DNA of 64,000 nt. Origin: Actinomycetes bacterium. GTDB taxonomy: Bacteria; Actinomycetota; Actinomycetes; JAWWOW01. Below, in pieces: positions 41,525 to 51,125 of the stretch (position 1 is its first letter; the number at the start of each line of letters is the position of its first letter). Both the position numbers and the translations under genes were made by a program. The notes beneath the pieces were generated by a model. That model saw nothing but the letters and a program-made list of their open reading frames with translations. It did no database searches and had not been told where the DNA came from. The stretch covers positions 51,113 through 115,112 of the forward strand of contig JBJMHR010000018.1 in assembly GCA_045807285.1 (NCBI GenBank), read 5' to 3'.

Positions 41525-42808
41525 ATGCGCCGTCGGCTACTGGCTTCGACGCTAGCCGCCGTCATCGCAGCGGTCGTGCTTCTTGGCGTCCCGCTCGGAT
41601 ACTTCGCCGGCAAGTTGCTGAAGAGCCAGGAGCGTGACCGAGACCAACGCGCTGCGCAGGCCGTGGCCGCGGCAATCGAGGACAAGCTCGACTCCGGCAG
41701 TGCGGCGCTCGCGCAAACTCTGAAACGCGTCGCGCCGGCGGACCGGCGTACCACTGTGACATTGCCCCGCGCACAAACGCTGTCCGTGGGCCCGGCCGTC
41801 GGGCGGGACGCCATCTCCGCGAGTACGCCGATCGAGCGCGGCGGCCACATCACTGTCGCGAGCGGCGACGACGACGTAGACCGGCGGATGGCGACTGGCT
41901 GGCTCCTGATCGCCGTTCTGGGCGCTGCCGCCATCGGCGCCGGTGTCGGTATGGCGCTGTTGCAGGCCAGACGACTAGCCGGACCGCTCGTCGACCTTTC
42001 GCGAGTTGCCGAACGACTCGGCTCGGGCGACGCCCGATCGGCGCATCGGCGTTATGGCGTACCGGAGCTCGACCGGGTAGCAGACGTGCTCGAAGGAAGT
42101 GCAACCCGGCTTTCTCGACTGCTCGGCGCTGAGCGGGAGTTCGCCACCGATGCGTCGCACCAGTTGCGCACGCCGCTGACGGCGCTGTCCATCCGGCTCG
42201 AGGAGATCGTCGCCGCCTCCGACCAACGTGAAGTGCGCGAGGAGGCGATGGCTGCGCTGGTGCAGGCCGAGCGGCTATCTGCCGTCGTCGACCAGCTGTT
42301 ACGCCGGGCGCGCGACTCGCGGTCGCAGACCGCTGTCCCCTTCCCGGTCGCGGATGTCGTGGCGCAGCAGGCGGACGAGTGGCGGCCGGCGTTTCGTCGC
42401 GAGCAACGCGAGATCTCGGTCGAGGCTGGGCCGGCAATGCTCGCCGTGGCTTCTCCGGGCGGGCTCGCTCAGGTGCTCGCCACGTTGCTCGACAACTCAC
42501 TCACGCACGGCGGCGGCCAGGTCGACATCCGCTGCCGCCGCGAGGAGGCGTTCGTCGTCATCGAGGTTGCCGACCACGGCAACGGAATCGCACCCGAGCT
42601 GGTGCCACGGATCTTTGAGCGGGCCGTGAGTGGCGCAGAGAGCACCGGGCTCGGACTCGCGCTCGCGCGGGCCATTGTGGAGGCCGACGGGGGCCGGCTC
42701 GAGCTCGTGCGGGCACGACCGGCGGTGTTCGCCGTGTTCCTGCCTGCCGCTGCCGACGGCCGCCGCAGCGAGCCGGCGCCGCGACCGGTGTCGGCCGGCC
42801 GCGGCTGA
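41525..42808 (+). CDS. Sensor histidine kinase (DraK-like)
   Basis: Two TM segments, HAMP, ASHQLRTPL, LLDNS, DHGNG, TGLGL. Confidence 0.93.
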   Translation: MRRRLLASTLAAVIAAVVLLGVPLGYFAGKLLKSQERDRDQRAAQAVAAAIEDKLDSGSAALAQTLKRVAPADRRTTVTLPRAQTLSVGPAVGRDAISASTPIERGGHITVASGDDDVDRRMATGWLLIAVLGAAAIGAGVGMALLQARRLAGPLVDLSRVAERLGSGDARSAHRRYGVPELDRVADVLEGSATRLSRLLGAEREFATDASHQLRTPLTALSIRLEEIVAASDQREVREEAMAALVQAERLSAVVDQLLRRARDSRSQTAVPFPVADVVAQQADEWRPAFRREQREISVEAGPAMLAVASPGGLAQVLATLLDNSLTHGGGQVDIRCRREEAFVVIEVADHGNGIAPELVPRIFERAVSGAESTGLGLALARAIVEADGGRLELVRARPAVFAVFLPAAADGRRSEPAPRPVSAGRG

Positions 42809-42811
42809 CCG

Positions 42812-44869
42812 TCAGCGGGTGCGGTCGATCGCGTAGGGCAGCACGAGCGGGACGTCGCCGGACTTGCCCCAGACGGTGGCACCAGGGATGCCCCTGACGT
42901 ACCAGGTCTGGTTCGACGGCCGCCAGGTCGCGATGTCGGTCTTGCCGTCGCCGTTATAGTCGCCGGGCTCCGGTGCGTCGCCGGTGCCGCCCCACGCGAC
43001 GGGCGCTCCGAGGTTGTGCAGGTACCACGTGTGCGTCGAGGGGCGGTACACCGCGATGTCGGTCTTGCCGTCGCCGTTGTAGTCGCCCGGGACCGGCACG
43101 TCACCGCGTTTACCCCAGCTTGTCGTGCCGCTGATGCCCTTGATGTACCAGGTGTTGGTCGACGGCCGATACGTCGCCGGATCGATCTTGCCGTCACCGT
43201 CGTAGTCGCCGGGCACTGGAGTGTCAGCGCTCGCTCCCCATGGCACCGTTGTGTTCGATACCGAGACGAGGTTGTGCTCGTACCACGTGTGGTTCGACGG
43301 CCGGTAGACGGTGAGCTCAGCGACACCGTCGCCGCTGAAGTCGCCGGGCACCGGGATGTCGCCCGTCGTGCCCCAGGTGAAGCTCCCGAGGAACTGGATG
43401 AACCATTGATGTGTCGACGGCCGGTAGACCGCAGCGTCGGTGAACGTGTCGCCGAAATAGTCCGCCGGCACGGGCTTGTCGCCGCTCTTGCCCCAGGCCT
43501 GCGGGTAGAAGTGGCTGCCGCGGACGTACCAGGTCTGTGTTGATGGACGGTAGACCGAGAACTGCGTGTTGCCGAGCGCGTCGAACTGCGCGACGCCGGC
43601 AGCGTTACGCATCGCGCCCGAACCATTCGGCGTACCCATGCCGGTCGGGCCGTCATAACCAGGCCCGGCAGTGCACAGGTATCCATCGGTGCAGCTAGCC
43701 GTGTTGGCGCCGGAGGTCACGTCGTTCAGGTGCGCGCCGCCCCGGTCGTAGAGCAGCCGGGCCGCTCGTTGCACCGGCGCGCCGCCGGCAACCATGTACG
43801 CACCGGCGATCAACGGCGCTGACGCGCTCGTGCCGCCCAAGATGCCCCAGCACTCTGGGTCTGGGCTGCAGCCGGGGAACGGTCCATATGACGCGACTCC
43901 TGTATTGGGGTCGGCGACAGCGGAGACGTCGGCCTCGGTCCTGTGCGTGCACGCGTCGGACTGCCAGGAGGGCTTGGCTTCGTACAAGGAACATCCGCTG
44001 CCGGTGCCGGAGTTGTCGGTCGGGTCGAACCAGGTCGTCTCGTTCCAGCCGCGGGCACTCGCGTCCTGGGTCAGCGACGTACCACCGACGGCAACGACGT
44101 CCGGGCTGGTGGCCGGGTACTGCGGGCCGTACCCGTCGTCGCCCGTGGACGCGGTGTAGACGATGCCCGGAACGCTGTAGAAGGAGTCGAACGGGGCCGG
44201 GCTCTGGGAGAAGTTCCCCTCAGCCACCCCATAGCTGTTCGAGATCGCCTCGGCGTAGCCGGCAGCGGTGAGCGCGGCGTTGGCCAGGTGGACGAGCGAG
44301 TCGTCAGTGGCCTCGACGAGGACGATCGCGCAGTTCGGGCAACTCGCCGAAACCATGTCGAGGTCAAGCGCCATCTCGACGGCCCAACCCGGATCCTGTG
44401 TGGGCGGCAGGGCAGACGGGTCGTTGGGGTCCGGGCCGATCTTCAAGAAGCAGCCGTTGTTCGTCGTGCACGAGGGCAACCCGAACTGTGTGCGGTACGC
44501 CGCGAGGGAGGACTCGGCGGCCGGCCAGTTGAACGCGTCGACGATCGCGACGATGCGTCCGACGCCGCCGCGTCCGGACGGCAGGTTGTACGCGTCCTGC
44601 AGGTCGATCGGGCCATAGCCGGGAGGAGCGGTGTTGGGGCTCACAGTTCTCTTGGTGGCCGGTGCGGTCTGGTACAAGGCGTCGCATCGGGCATGCCCGC
44701 GTGGTGCCTTGCCGCAGGCATGCGCGTAGGGCTTATGTGTCTTGGTGCCGACGGCGTGCGCCGACGTCGTCGGGCCGTTGACGAACCAGGCAGCGCCTAG
44801 CGCAAATGCGACCCCGATGGCGGCCAGACGGCGGAGGGAAGAGACCGGGCGAGTTCGCGGCTGCGTCAT
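42812..44869 (-). CDS. Secreted sedolisin (S53) peptidase with C-terminal FG-GAP-like repeats
   Basis: Signal peptide; EMALD (ExxxD), STGDDG, GGTSASAP, YDGPTGMGTP Ca site; six repeats. Confidence 0.88.
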   Translation of the reverse strand: MTQPRTRPVSSLRRLAAIGVAFALGAAWFVNGPTTSAHAVGTKTHKPYAHACGKAPRGHARCDALYQTAPATKRTVSPNTAPPGYGPIDLQDAYNLPSGRGGVGRIVAIVDAFNWPAAESSLAAYRTQFGLPSCTTNNGCFLKIGPDPNDPSALPPTQDPGWAVEMALDLDMVSASCPNCAIVLVEATDDSLVHLANAALTAAGYAEAISNSYGVAEGNFSQSPAPFDSFYSVPGIVYTASTGDDGYGPQYPATSPDVVAVGGTSLTQDASARGWNETTWFDPTDNSGTGSGCSLYEAKPSWQSDACTHRTEADVSAVADPNTGVASYGPFPGCSPDPECWGILGGTSASAPLIAGAYMVAGGAPVQRAARLLYDRGGAHLNDVTSGANTASCTDGYLCTAGPGYDGPTGMGTPNGSGAMRNAAGVAQFDALGNTQFSVYRPSTQTWYVRGSHFYPQAWGKSGDKPVPADYFGDTFTDAAVYRPSTHQWFIQFLGSFTWGTTGDIPVPGDFSGDGVAELTVYRPSNHTWYEHNLVSVSNTTVPWGASADTPVPGDYDGDGKIDPATYRPSTNTWYIKGISGTTSWGKRGDVPVPGDYNGDGKTDIAVYRPSTHTWYLHNLGAPVAWGGTGDAPEPGDYNGDGKTDIATWRPSNQTWYVRGIPGATVWGKSGDVPLVLPYAIDRTR
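42842..43590 (-). repeat. Six intragenic repeats of about 40 aa (GD.xGDG..D.A.YRPS..TW..WG..GD.PVP)
   Basis: Six [YW]RPS..W units counted in the translation. Confidence 0.85.
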
Positions 44870-44944
44870 GGCGGGCCACGATGCCACGAATCCGGCGACA
44901 TGGCAGGCTCAGACACGACACTGTCGATCTGGAGGAACCTCCAC

Positions 44945-45898
44945 ATGGCTCGCTATGCCACCAAAGCGATGCGCACGCTCGAGGAACCGGTGCTGCGGGC
45001 ATTCGTCCGGCTGGCCGCCCGCCAACGGGCCCGCGGCGGGTACACCCCTGCGCTCGAGGGAGCGGTGGCCGAGGTCGTGCGTGGCCTGTCGACCAGGGAC
45101 AAAAAGGGGAAGTCGCGCGCGTCATCGCCGGCATTGGCGGCCATAACCGAGCAGTTCGGGGCGACCTTCACCGATGACGAGAATTTCCTCAACGAGGCGG
45201 GCGAGCAGGCAATCGCGCCGCTGGTCGAGCGGATCCGGATGACGCGAAACGGCAACCCGCGGACGTGGTCGCCGGCCGTCAACGCGATCACCGACCAGTT
45301 CCACAAGCTGTACTACGACGACAAGGGCACCTGGCACCGGACCCGCTGGCTGGGCACGAAGGCCCTGAAATGCCCGTTCGACATGTGGATGTACCAAGAG
45401 ATCATCGTCGACATCCGCCCTGGTCTGATCGTGGAGACCGGCACGGCGTACGGCGGTAGCGCCAACTACATGGCACGCATCTGCGACCTGATCGACCATG
45501 GCGAGATCGTGACCGTCGACCTCGACCCGAAGCCGAACCTCCCGCAGCACCCGCGGGTCACCTACATCACCGGCTCCTCGACCGACCCGGTCATCGTCGA
45601 CAAGGTGCGCGGGATGCTGCCCACCGACAAGCCGATCCTCGTCATCCTCGACTCCGATCACTCCGAGCAGCACGTCTACAACGAGCTCAAGGTGTACGCC
45701 GACATGGTGACGCCCGGGTCGTACCTCATCGTCGAGGACACCAACGTCAACGGGCATCCCGTGCACCTGAAGCACGGTCCGGGGCCGATGGAGGCGCTCG
45801 AGCGTTTCCTCGCCGAGCGCGACGACTTCGAGGTCGACCGGTCGATGGAGCGCTATCACCTGAGCCAGAACCCCCGCGGTTATCTGCGCCGGAAGTGA
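44945..45898 (+). CDS. CmcI/cephalosporin-hydroxylase-family O-methyltransferase with N-terminal extension
   Basis: WLG..KCPFDMWMYQEII, IVETGTAYGGSA, ILDSDH, GSYLIVEDT, NPRGYL. Confidence 0.88.
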   Translation: MARYATKAMRTLEEPVLRAFVRLAARQRARGGYTPALEGAVAEVVRGLSTRDKKGKSRASSPALAAITEQFGATFTDDENFLNEAGEQAIAPLVERIRMTRNGNPRTWSPAVNAITDQFHKLYYDDKGTWHRTRWLGTKALKCPFDMWMYQEIIVDIRPGLIVETGTAYGGSANYMARICDLIDHGEIVTVDLDPKPNLPQHPRVTYITGSSTDPVIVDKVRGMLPTDKPILVILDSDHSEQHVYNELKVYADMVTPGSYLIVEDTNVNGHPVHLKHGPGPMEALERFLAERDDFEVDRSMERYHLSQNPRGYLRRK

Positions 45899-45923
45899 GC
45901 GTGACGAGGCTGGTGGCGCATCG

Positions 45924-46781
45924 GTGAGGTATCTCGAGTTCCTCAGCCGGCTGCACGACGTACTCGACCCGGGGACCTACCTCGAGGTCGGCGTACGCAA
46001 CGGCAACAGTTTGTCGCTCGCACGCTGCCCGAGCGTGGGGATCGATCCTGAGTTCACGCTCACCGCGGAGCTTGCCGCCCCCGTGTGGCTCTACCGGACG
46101 ACGAGCGACGAGTACTTCGAGCGACCCGACGCGTTGGCGCCGCTCGAGGGACGCCCCGTCGACCTCGCGTTCATCGACGGGATGCATCTGTTCGAGTTCG
46201 CGCTGCGTGACTTCATCAACGTCGAGCGGCACTCCGCGCCGTGGACGGTCGTGGTGTTCGACGACATGTTCCCGCGGCGCGTGGACGAGGCAGCGCGCGT
46301 CCGGCACTCGAAGGCGTGGACCGGTGACATCTACAAGGTGATCGAGGTCTTCCGGGCCCGCCGGCCTGACCTCGAGCTCACCTTCGTCAACACGACGCCG
46401 ACCGGGCTGCTCCTCATCCACGGTCTGGACGCGTCGAACACCGTCCTGTCGGACCAGTACGACGAGATCGTCGCGACGACAGTTCGCGACGATCCGCAGG
46501 TCGTGCCGGAGTCGATCCTGAAGCGCGAGGGCGCGCTCACGCCGCCGGTCGCGCTCGGACTCGACGTCTGGGGCGAGCTGCGCGCTGCTCGACCTGGCGG
46601 CGGCACCGATGCTGCCCGGCGTGCTGCCCTCGCTCCGCGCAACCCGCTGAAGGGTCCGCTCGACATGGTCGGGGCACAGCCGGCAGCGGCGACGCCGACG
46701 CAGCCACCGAGCTTCGCCTTGCGAGCGAGACGGTCGCTGGTCCGCCGGACCAAGAAGGCGCTCAGCGGGACACGACGGTGA
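45924..46781 (+). CDS. Class I SAM-dependent methyltransferase (Methyltransf_24-like)
   Basis: YLEVGVRNG, GIDP, DLAFIDGMH, VVFDD, WTGDIYK. Confidence 0.85.
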   Translation: MRYLEFLSRLHDVLDPGTYLEVGVRNGNSLSLARCPSVGIDPEFTLTAELAAPVWLYRTTSDEYFERPDALAPLEGRPVDLAFIDGMHLFEFALRDFINVERHSAPWTVVVFDDMFPRRVDEAARVRHSKAWTGDIYKVIEVFRARRPDLELTFVNTTPTGLLLIHGLDASNTVLSDQYDEIVATTVRDDPQVVPESILKREGALTPPVALGLDVWGELRAARPGGGTDAARRAALAPRNPLKGPLDMVGAQPAAATPTQPPSFALRARRSLVRRTKKALSGTRR

Positions 46782-47845
46782 AAGCTCTCGTCCTTGCTGG
46801 CGGCGCCGGTACGCGGCTGCGCCCGATCACGCACACGTCGGCGAAGCAGCTCGTGCCGGTCGCGAACAAGCCGGTGCTGTTCTACGGCTTGGAGGCATTG
46901 CGTGACGCCGGCGTTGTGGAGACGGGCGTCATCGTTGGTGACACCGAGGCGGAGATCCGTGCCGCGATCGGTGACGGGTCTGCATTCGGGCTCGATGTCA
47001 CCTATCTCCGGCAGGAGGCGCCGCTCGGGCTTGCGCACGCGGTGCTGATCGCCGCGGACTTTCTTGCCGACGACGACTTCGTCATGTACCTCGGCGACAA
47101 CTTCATCGTCGGCGGTATCAACGACATCGTCGACGCGTTCCGCCAGGACAAGCCGGATGCGCAGATTCTGTTGACGAAGGTCGCCAACCCGTCGGAGTTC
47201 GGGGTCGCGGAGCTCACTGAGACGGGCGGGGTGGCTCGGCTCGTGGAAAAACCGGCGCAGCCGCGCAGCGACCTCGCTCTGGTGGGTGTCTACCTGTTCA
47301 CTCCGGTGGTGCACGAGGCGGTGCGCGCGATCAGGCCGTCAGGTCGCGGCGAGCTGGAGATCACTGACGCGATCCAGTGGCTCGTCGACCGGGGGTGCAA
47401 CGTCCGGTCGCACATCATCACCGGCTACTGGAAGGACACTGGCAACGTCACCGACATGCTCGAGGTCAACCGTTCCGTGCTGGAACGTGCGGAAGCGCGC
47501 ATCAACGGCAGCGTCGACGAGTCGAGCGAGGTGATCGGCCGGGTGGTCGTGGAGTCGGGCGCCGAGGTGCGTGGTTCGCGGCTGGTCGGTCCGCTCGTCA
47601 TCGGTGCGGATGCAGTGATCGAGGACTCCTACATCGGTCCGTTCACCTCGATCGCCGAGCGGTGTGTGATCCGGACCAGTGAAGTTGCCTACTCGATCGT
47701 GCTCGCAGACTCGGTCATCGAAGGTCTTTCCCGGATCGACGGCTCGCTCATTGGTCGCCACGTGCGGCTGGAACGCGCCACCACGGTGCATCGCGCACAT
47801 CGGATGGTCCTGGGCGACAACAGCGAAGTGCAGATCAGCTCATGA
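46778..47845 (+). CDS. rfbA: Glucose-1-phosphate thymidylyltransferase, long form
   Basis: LAGGAGTRLRP, KQLVPVANKP, YLGDN, VEKP, RGELEITD, WKDTG; C-terminal hexapeptide-like region. Confidence 0.93.
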   Translation: MKALVLAGGAGTRLRPITHTSAKQLVPVANKPVLFYGLEALRDAGVVETGVIVGDTEAEIRAAIGDGSAFGLDVTYLRQEAPLGLAHAVLIAADFLADDDFVMYLGDNFIVGGINDIVDAFRQDKPDAQILLTKVANPSEFGVAELTETGGVARLVEKPAQPRSDLALVGVYLFTPVVHEAVRAIRPSGRGELEITDAIQWLVDRGCNVRSHIITGYWKDTGNVTDMLEVNRSVLERAEARINGSVDESSEVIGRVVVESGAEVRGSRLVGPLVIGADAVIEDSYIGPFTSIAERCVIRTSEVAYSIVLADSVIEGLSRIDGSLIGRHVRLERATTVHRAHRMVLGDNSEVQISS

Positions 47846-48825
47846 GAGTGCTGGTAACCGGGGGCGCGGGTTTCATCGGGTCGCACTACGTCCGCACGTT
47901 GCTGCAGGACGGCTACGACATCGACGTCGACGAGGTAACTGTCCTCGACAAACTGACCTACGCCGGCAACATGGCGAACCTCGACCCGGTGGCGCACGAC
48001 AAACGGCTGACGTTCGTGCAGGGCGACATCTGCGACCGCGTGCTGCTCGGCGAGCTCGTCCCCGGACATGACGCCGCCCTGAACTTTGCCGCGGAGACCC
48101 ACGTCGACCGCTCCATCCTCGGTGCGCCGGACTTCGTGATGACGAACGTTGTCGGCACCCAAGCGTTCTTGCAGGCATGTCTCGACGCCGGCGTGCCTCG
48201 CGTCGTACAAGTCTCAACCGACGAGGTCTACGGCTCCATTGAGGAAGGCTCCTGGACGGAGGAGTCGCCGCTCTTGCCGAACTCGCCGTACTCTGCAGCG
48301 AAAGCAGGGGGCGACCTCATCACCCGCGCCTATGCGCGCACGCACGGGCTGAACGTCTCGATCACGCGCTGCAGCAACAACTACGGGCCTTACCAGTTCC
48401 CCGAGAAAGTCATTCCGCTGTTCGTCACCAACCTGCTCGACGGCAGGAAGGTGCCGTTGTACGGCGACGGCCTCAACGTGCGCGACTGGCTCCATGTAGA
48501 CGATCACTGCCGCGGGATCCAGATCGTGCTCGAGAAAGGCGCGCCCGGCGAGATCTACAACATCGGCGGCGGCCGCGAGCTCAACAACAAGGAGCTCACG
48601 ACCATCTTGCTCGAGGCCTGCGGTGCCGACTGGAGCAGCGTCGAGTACGTCGTCGACCGCAAGGCACACGACCGCCGGTACTCCCTCAGCCACAACAAGA
48701 TTGCGCAGCTCGGGTATGAGCCGCACATGAGCTTCGAGGACGGCATCGCGCAGACGGTCGCGTGGTACCGCGACCACCGGGACTGGTGGGAACCGCTGAA
48801 GGAGCGCGCCGCCCTTACCGGCTGA
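47842..48825 (+). CDS. rfbB: dTDP-glucose 4,6-dehydratase
   Basis: TGGAGFIGS, DKLTYAGN, AAETHVDRSI, STDEVYG, YSAAK, NNYGPYQFPEK. Confidence 0.96.
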   Translation: MRVLVTGGAGFIGSHYVRTLLQDGYDIDVDEVTVLDKLTYAGNMANLDPVAHDKRLTFVQGDICDRVLLGELVPGHDAALNFAAETHVDRSILGAPDFVMTNVVGTQAFLQACLDAGVPRVVQVSTDEVYGSIEEGSWTEESPLLPNSPYSAAKAGGDLITRAYARTHGLNVSITRCSNNYGPYQFPEKVIPLFVTNLLDGRKVPLYGDGLNVRDWLHVDDHCRGIQIVLEKGAPGEIYNIGGGRELNNKELTTILLEACGADWSSVEYVVDRKAHDRRYSLSHNKIAQLGYEPHMSFEDGIAQTVAWYRDHRDWWEPLKERAALTG

Positions 48826-48836
48826 GCGGGCGTGAA

Positions 48837-48870
48837 TGCCTTGACAGTTATATAACCAGTCAGGCAGATT
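48837..48870 (+). promoter_or_regulatory. Sigma-A-type promoter with palindromic operator
   Basis: TTGACA (48841-46), palindrome GTTATATAAC (48847-56) flanked by TGCCtTGAC/GTCAGGCA; CAGATT (48865-70) is 7 nt before GTG 48878. Confidence 0.65.
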
Positions 48871-48877
48871 AGATCGG

Positions 48878-49207
48878 GTGACCGCCGGCCTGGCTGCTCT
48901 CGACGTGCTCGCGGAGCCCCGTCGACGCTCGATCCTGGACCTGCTGCGGGAGGGCGAGCGCCCGGTCGGCGCGTTGGCGCAGCAGATCGGCATCAGCCAA
49001 CCGGCGCTGTCGAAACACCTGCGCGTGCTCAAGGACGCCGGCCTCGTCGAGATCCGGGTCGACGCGCAGCGCCGGCTCTACCGCATCCGCCCCGAGCCGC
49101 TCGCCGAGCTGGACGCCTGGCTCGCGTCGTACCGGCACTTCTGGACGACCCGCATCGACCGGCTCGAAGACCACCTCGACCGACGGAGGAATACCCGTGC
49201 CCTCTGA
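48878..49207 (+). CDS. ArsR/SmtB-family regulator
   Basis: LAEPRRRSILDLL, ISQPALSKHLRVLKDAGLV, RRLYRI; no Cys. Confidence 0.92.
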   Translation: MTAGLAALDVLAEPRRRSILDLLREGERPVGALAQQIGISQPALSKHLRVLKDAGLVEIRVDAQRRLYRIRPEPLAELDAWLASYRHFWTTRIDRLEDHLDRRRNTRAL

Positions 49208-49709
49208 CGCGCTCATCACCGGCGGCGCCCGACCAGCGGTCCGCATCGTTCGCGACCTGCCCGATCCACCAGAGGTTGTCTGGTCGGCGATCACTGATCG
49301 CACGCAGCTGAAGGCGTGGTTCCCCTGCGACGTCGTCGTCGAGGGGGACGAATGGAAGCCGGGTGCGGTGTTGACGTTCGTGTTTCCGGCCGACGTCATC
49401 GACATGACGCTGACCGGCAAGGTCTTGGAAGTCGACGAGCCACATCGCCTGGCCTACACCTGGGGCGACGAGACACTGCGGTTCGAACTGGCGAGCAACA
49501 ACGACGGCACCCGCCTGACCCTCATCGACGAGTTGCCGCCGGGCATCGCGGCGCGCAACGCGGCCGGCTGGGAGGTCTGCCTCGACCGGTTGCTCGGTCT
49601 TGACCCGCCACCGGACGCGTGGCGCGGGCACTTCGAGTCCTACGCCGCCGCCTTCACGCCAAAGCTCGGTGAACAGGAAGGTCCGCCCGCCGGCTACAAG
49701 GGCGACTGA
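49197..49709 (+). CDS. SRPBCC/AHSA1-like ligand-binding protein
   Basis: PEVVWSAITD..LKAWF, EPHRLAYTW, GTRLTL, AAGWEVCLDRL. Confidence 0.9.
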   Translation: MPSDALITGGARPAVRIVRDLPDPPEVVWSAITDRTQLKAWFPCDVVVEGDEWKPGAVLTFVFPADVIDMTLTGKVLEVDEPHRLAYTWGDETLRFELASNNDGTRLTLIDELPPGIAARNAAGWEVCLDRLLGLDPPPDAWRGHFESYAAAFTPKLGEQEGPPAGYKGD

Positions 49710-49847
49710 TCCAGGGCCGTCCCGGGCGCTCGCTCGATCGCCGCTGGGACAGCCCGTTTGGGTGAACGCGTTGGGCTCATTGGCGGCCCGGAAATCGCGC
49801 TCGGTCTGCGATAGTCGAGATCGACGGGGATCGAGGGGGGAACCGAT

Positions 49848-50522
49848 TTGCGCACCTCGCGCGCGCTCTCGCTCGTTGCTGCCGCGGCGGCGGCAGTTCT
49901 CGTGACTGGTTGCAGTGGCGGCTCGAGCTCACCGGTGGCCTCGAGGCACACGTCGTCGAGCACACCGAAACAGACGGCGACCCGCACTCGACCTGCCGCT
50001 CCGGCCCTTCCGGCGCTGCCCGCGGGCTGGGTCCGCGCTGGTGACCATGCGCGCCGAATGCAGGTCGGCGTACCGCACTCGTGGCTGCGTCTCGACCTGA
50101 GTGGGTCGGGTCTCGCGGCGCGGGTGAAGGCGGCTAAACGCGCTCATCCGGGGCTCGCGTCCCGGATCGACGACGTGAGCCATGGCAGCGGTGGAGCTTT
50201 CGTCGCGTTCGACCCGTCGAGCACGGGCCAGGTCCTGCTGATCGAGAAGTCGCTCGGCGGTGTCGACTTCCCGAATCTCGAGACCTTCTACCAGAGTTTT
50301 CTCGCGCCCCAGCTCAAGGGCAGCATCCACGTCACGTCGCATCGGACCACCCGCCTCGCGAACCATCCCGCGCTGCACATCCTGGCGGACTTCCAGGAAA
50401 GCGGCCTGGTCGTGCACGAGACGATTGACGTGTTGATCGTGAACGGAACGCTCTATGACCTCACGTTCACCGGCAACTCGTCGACCATCAAGCGAATGGA
50501 AGCAACCGCCTCGTTGCGCTGA
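49848..50522 (+). CDS. Putative lipoprotein
   Basis: TTG start, hydrophobic leader ending LVTGC, Ser/Thr/Pro linker, VGVPHSW..LYDLTFT (PsbP/LpqN-like pattern, inferred). Confidence 0.7.
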   Translation: MRTSRALSLVAAAAAAVLVTGCSGGSSSPVASRHTSSSTPKQTATRTRPAAPALPALPAGWVRAGDHARRMQVGVPHSWLRLDLSGSGLAARVKAAKRAHPGLASRIDDVSHGSGGAFVAFDPSSTGQVLLIEKSLGGVDFPNLETFYQSFLAPQLKGSIHVTSHRTTRLANHPALHILADFQESGLVVHETIDVLIVNGTLYDLTFTGNSSTIKRMEATASLR

Positions 50523-50532
50523 TGCGCGAGCC

Positions 50533-51123
50533 TCACTCCAAGCCGGAGACGTAGGCCTTGCACTCGCCGTAGGACGGCAGCAAGCCCGCATCCCGTGCAG
50601 CACTCAGGCCAGGGGCTTCGGCGTCCTTGCCGGACAGCACCGGCGTTATACCGGCCGGCCACTCAATACCGATCTCCGGATCCATCGGGTCGATGCCGTG
50701 CTCGCGCTCGGCGGCGTACGGCGTTGAGCACAGATAGACGACCGTCGTCTCATCGGTCAGAGCGCAAAACGCGTGCCCCAACCCTTCCCCGAGGTAGACG
50801 GCGCGGCGATCCTCCTCGTCGAGCTGAACGGCTTCCCAACGGCCGTACGTCGGTGACCCGACCCGGATGTCGACGACGACGTCGAGGGCAGCGCCGCGCG
50901 CGCAGGTGACGTACTTCGCCTGACCGGGCGGCACGTCCGCGAAGTGGATGCCTCGGACGACGCCGCGTCGAGAGACCGACATGTTCGCTTGCGCGAGGCC
51001 GAGGCGGTGCCCCAACGCCGCCGCGAACTCGGCGCCTCTGAACCACTCCTGAAACGAGCCACGGTCATCGCGGTGGACAACCGGTGTGTGCACCCACGCA
51101 CCGTCGATGCCGAGCGGCTCCAC
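50533..51123 (-). CDS. rfbC: dTDP-4-dehydrorhamnose 3,5-epimerase
   Basis: DDRGSF, SRRGVVRGIHF, GQAKYV, VDIRVGSPTYG, GLGHAF. Confidence 0.94.
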   Translation of the reverse strand: MEPLGIDGAWVHTPVVHRDDRGSFQEWFRGAEFAAALGHRLGLAQANMSVSRRGVVRGIHFADVPPGQAKYVTCARGAALDVVVDIRVGSPTYGRWEAVQLDEEDRRAVYLGEGLGHAFCALTDETTVVYLCSTPYAAEREHGIDPMDPEIGIEWPAGITPVLSGKDAEAPGLSAARDAGLLPSYGECKAYVSGLE

Positions 51124-51125
51124 CC

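Noticed and set aside
42842-43590. Regularly spaced DNA repeats resembling a CRISPR array
   Set aside because: They are degenerate, in frame and encode protein repeats; no cas genes are present.
49714-49759. Weak hairpin GGGCCGTCCC/GGGACAGCCC followed by GTTT
   Set aside because: It has a mismatch and a long loop and could arise by chance at this GC content.
44945-51123. Antibiotic (cephamycin or glycosylated polyketide) biosynthetic cluster
   Set aside because: No NRPS, PKS or other scaffold enzyme is present; the context points to cell-envelope glycans.
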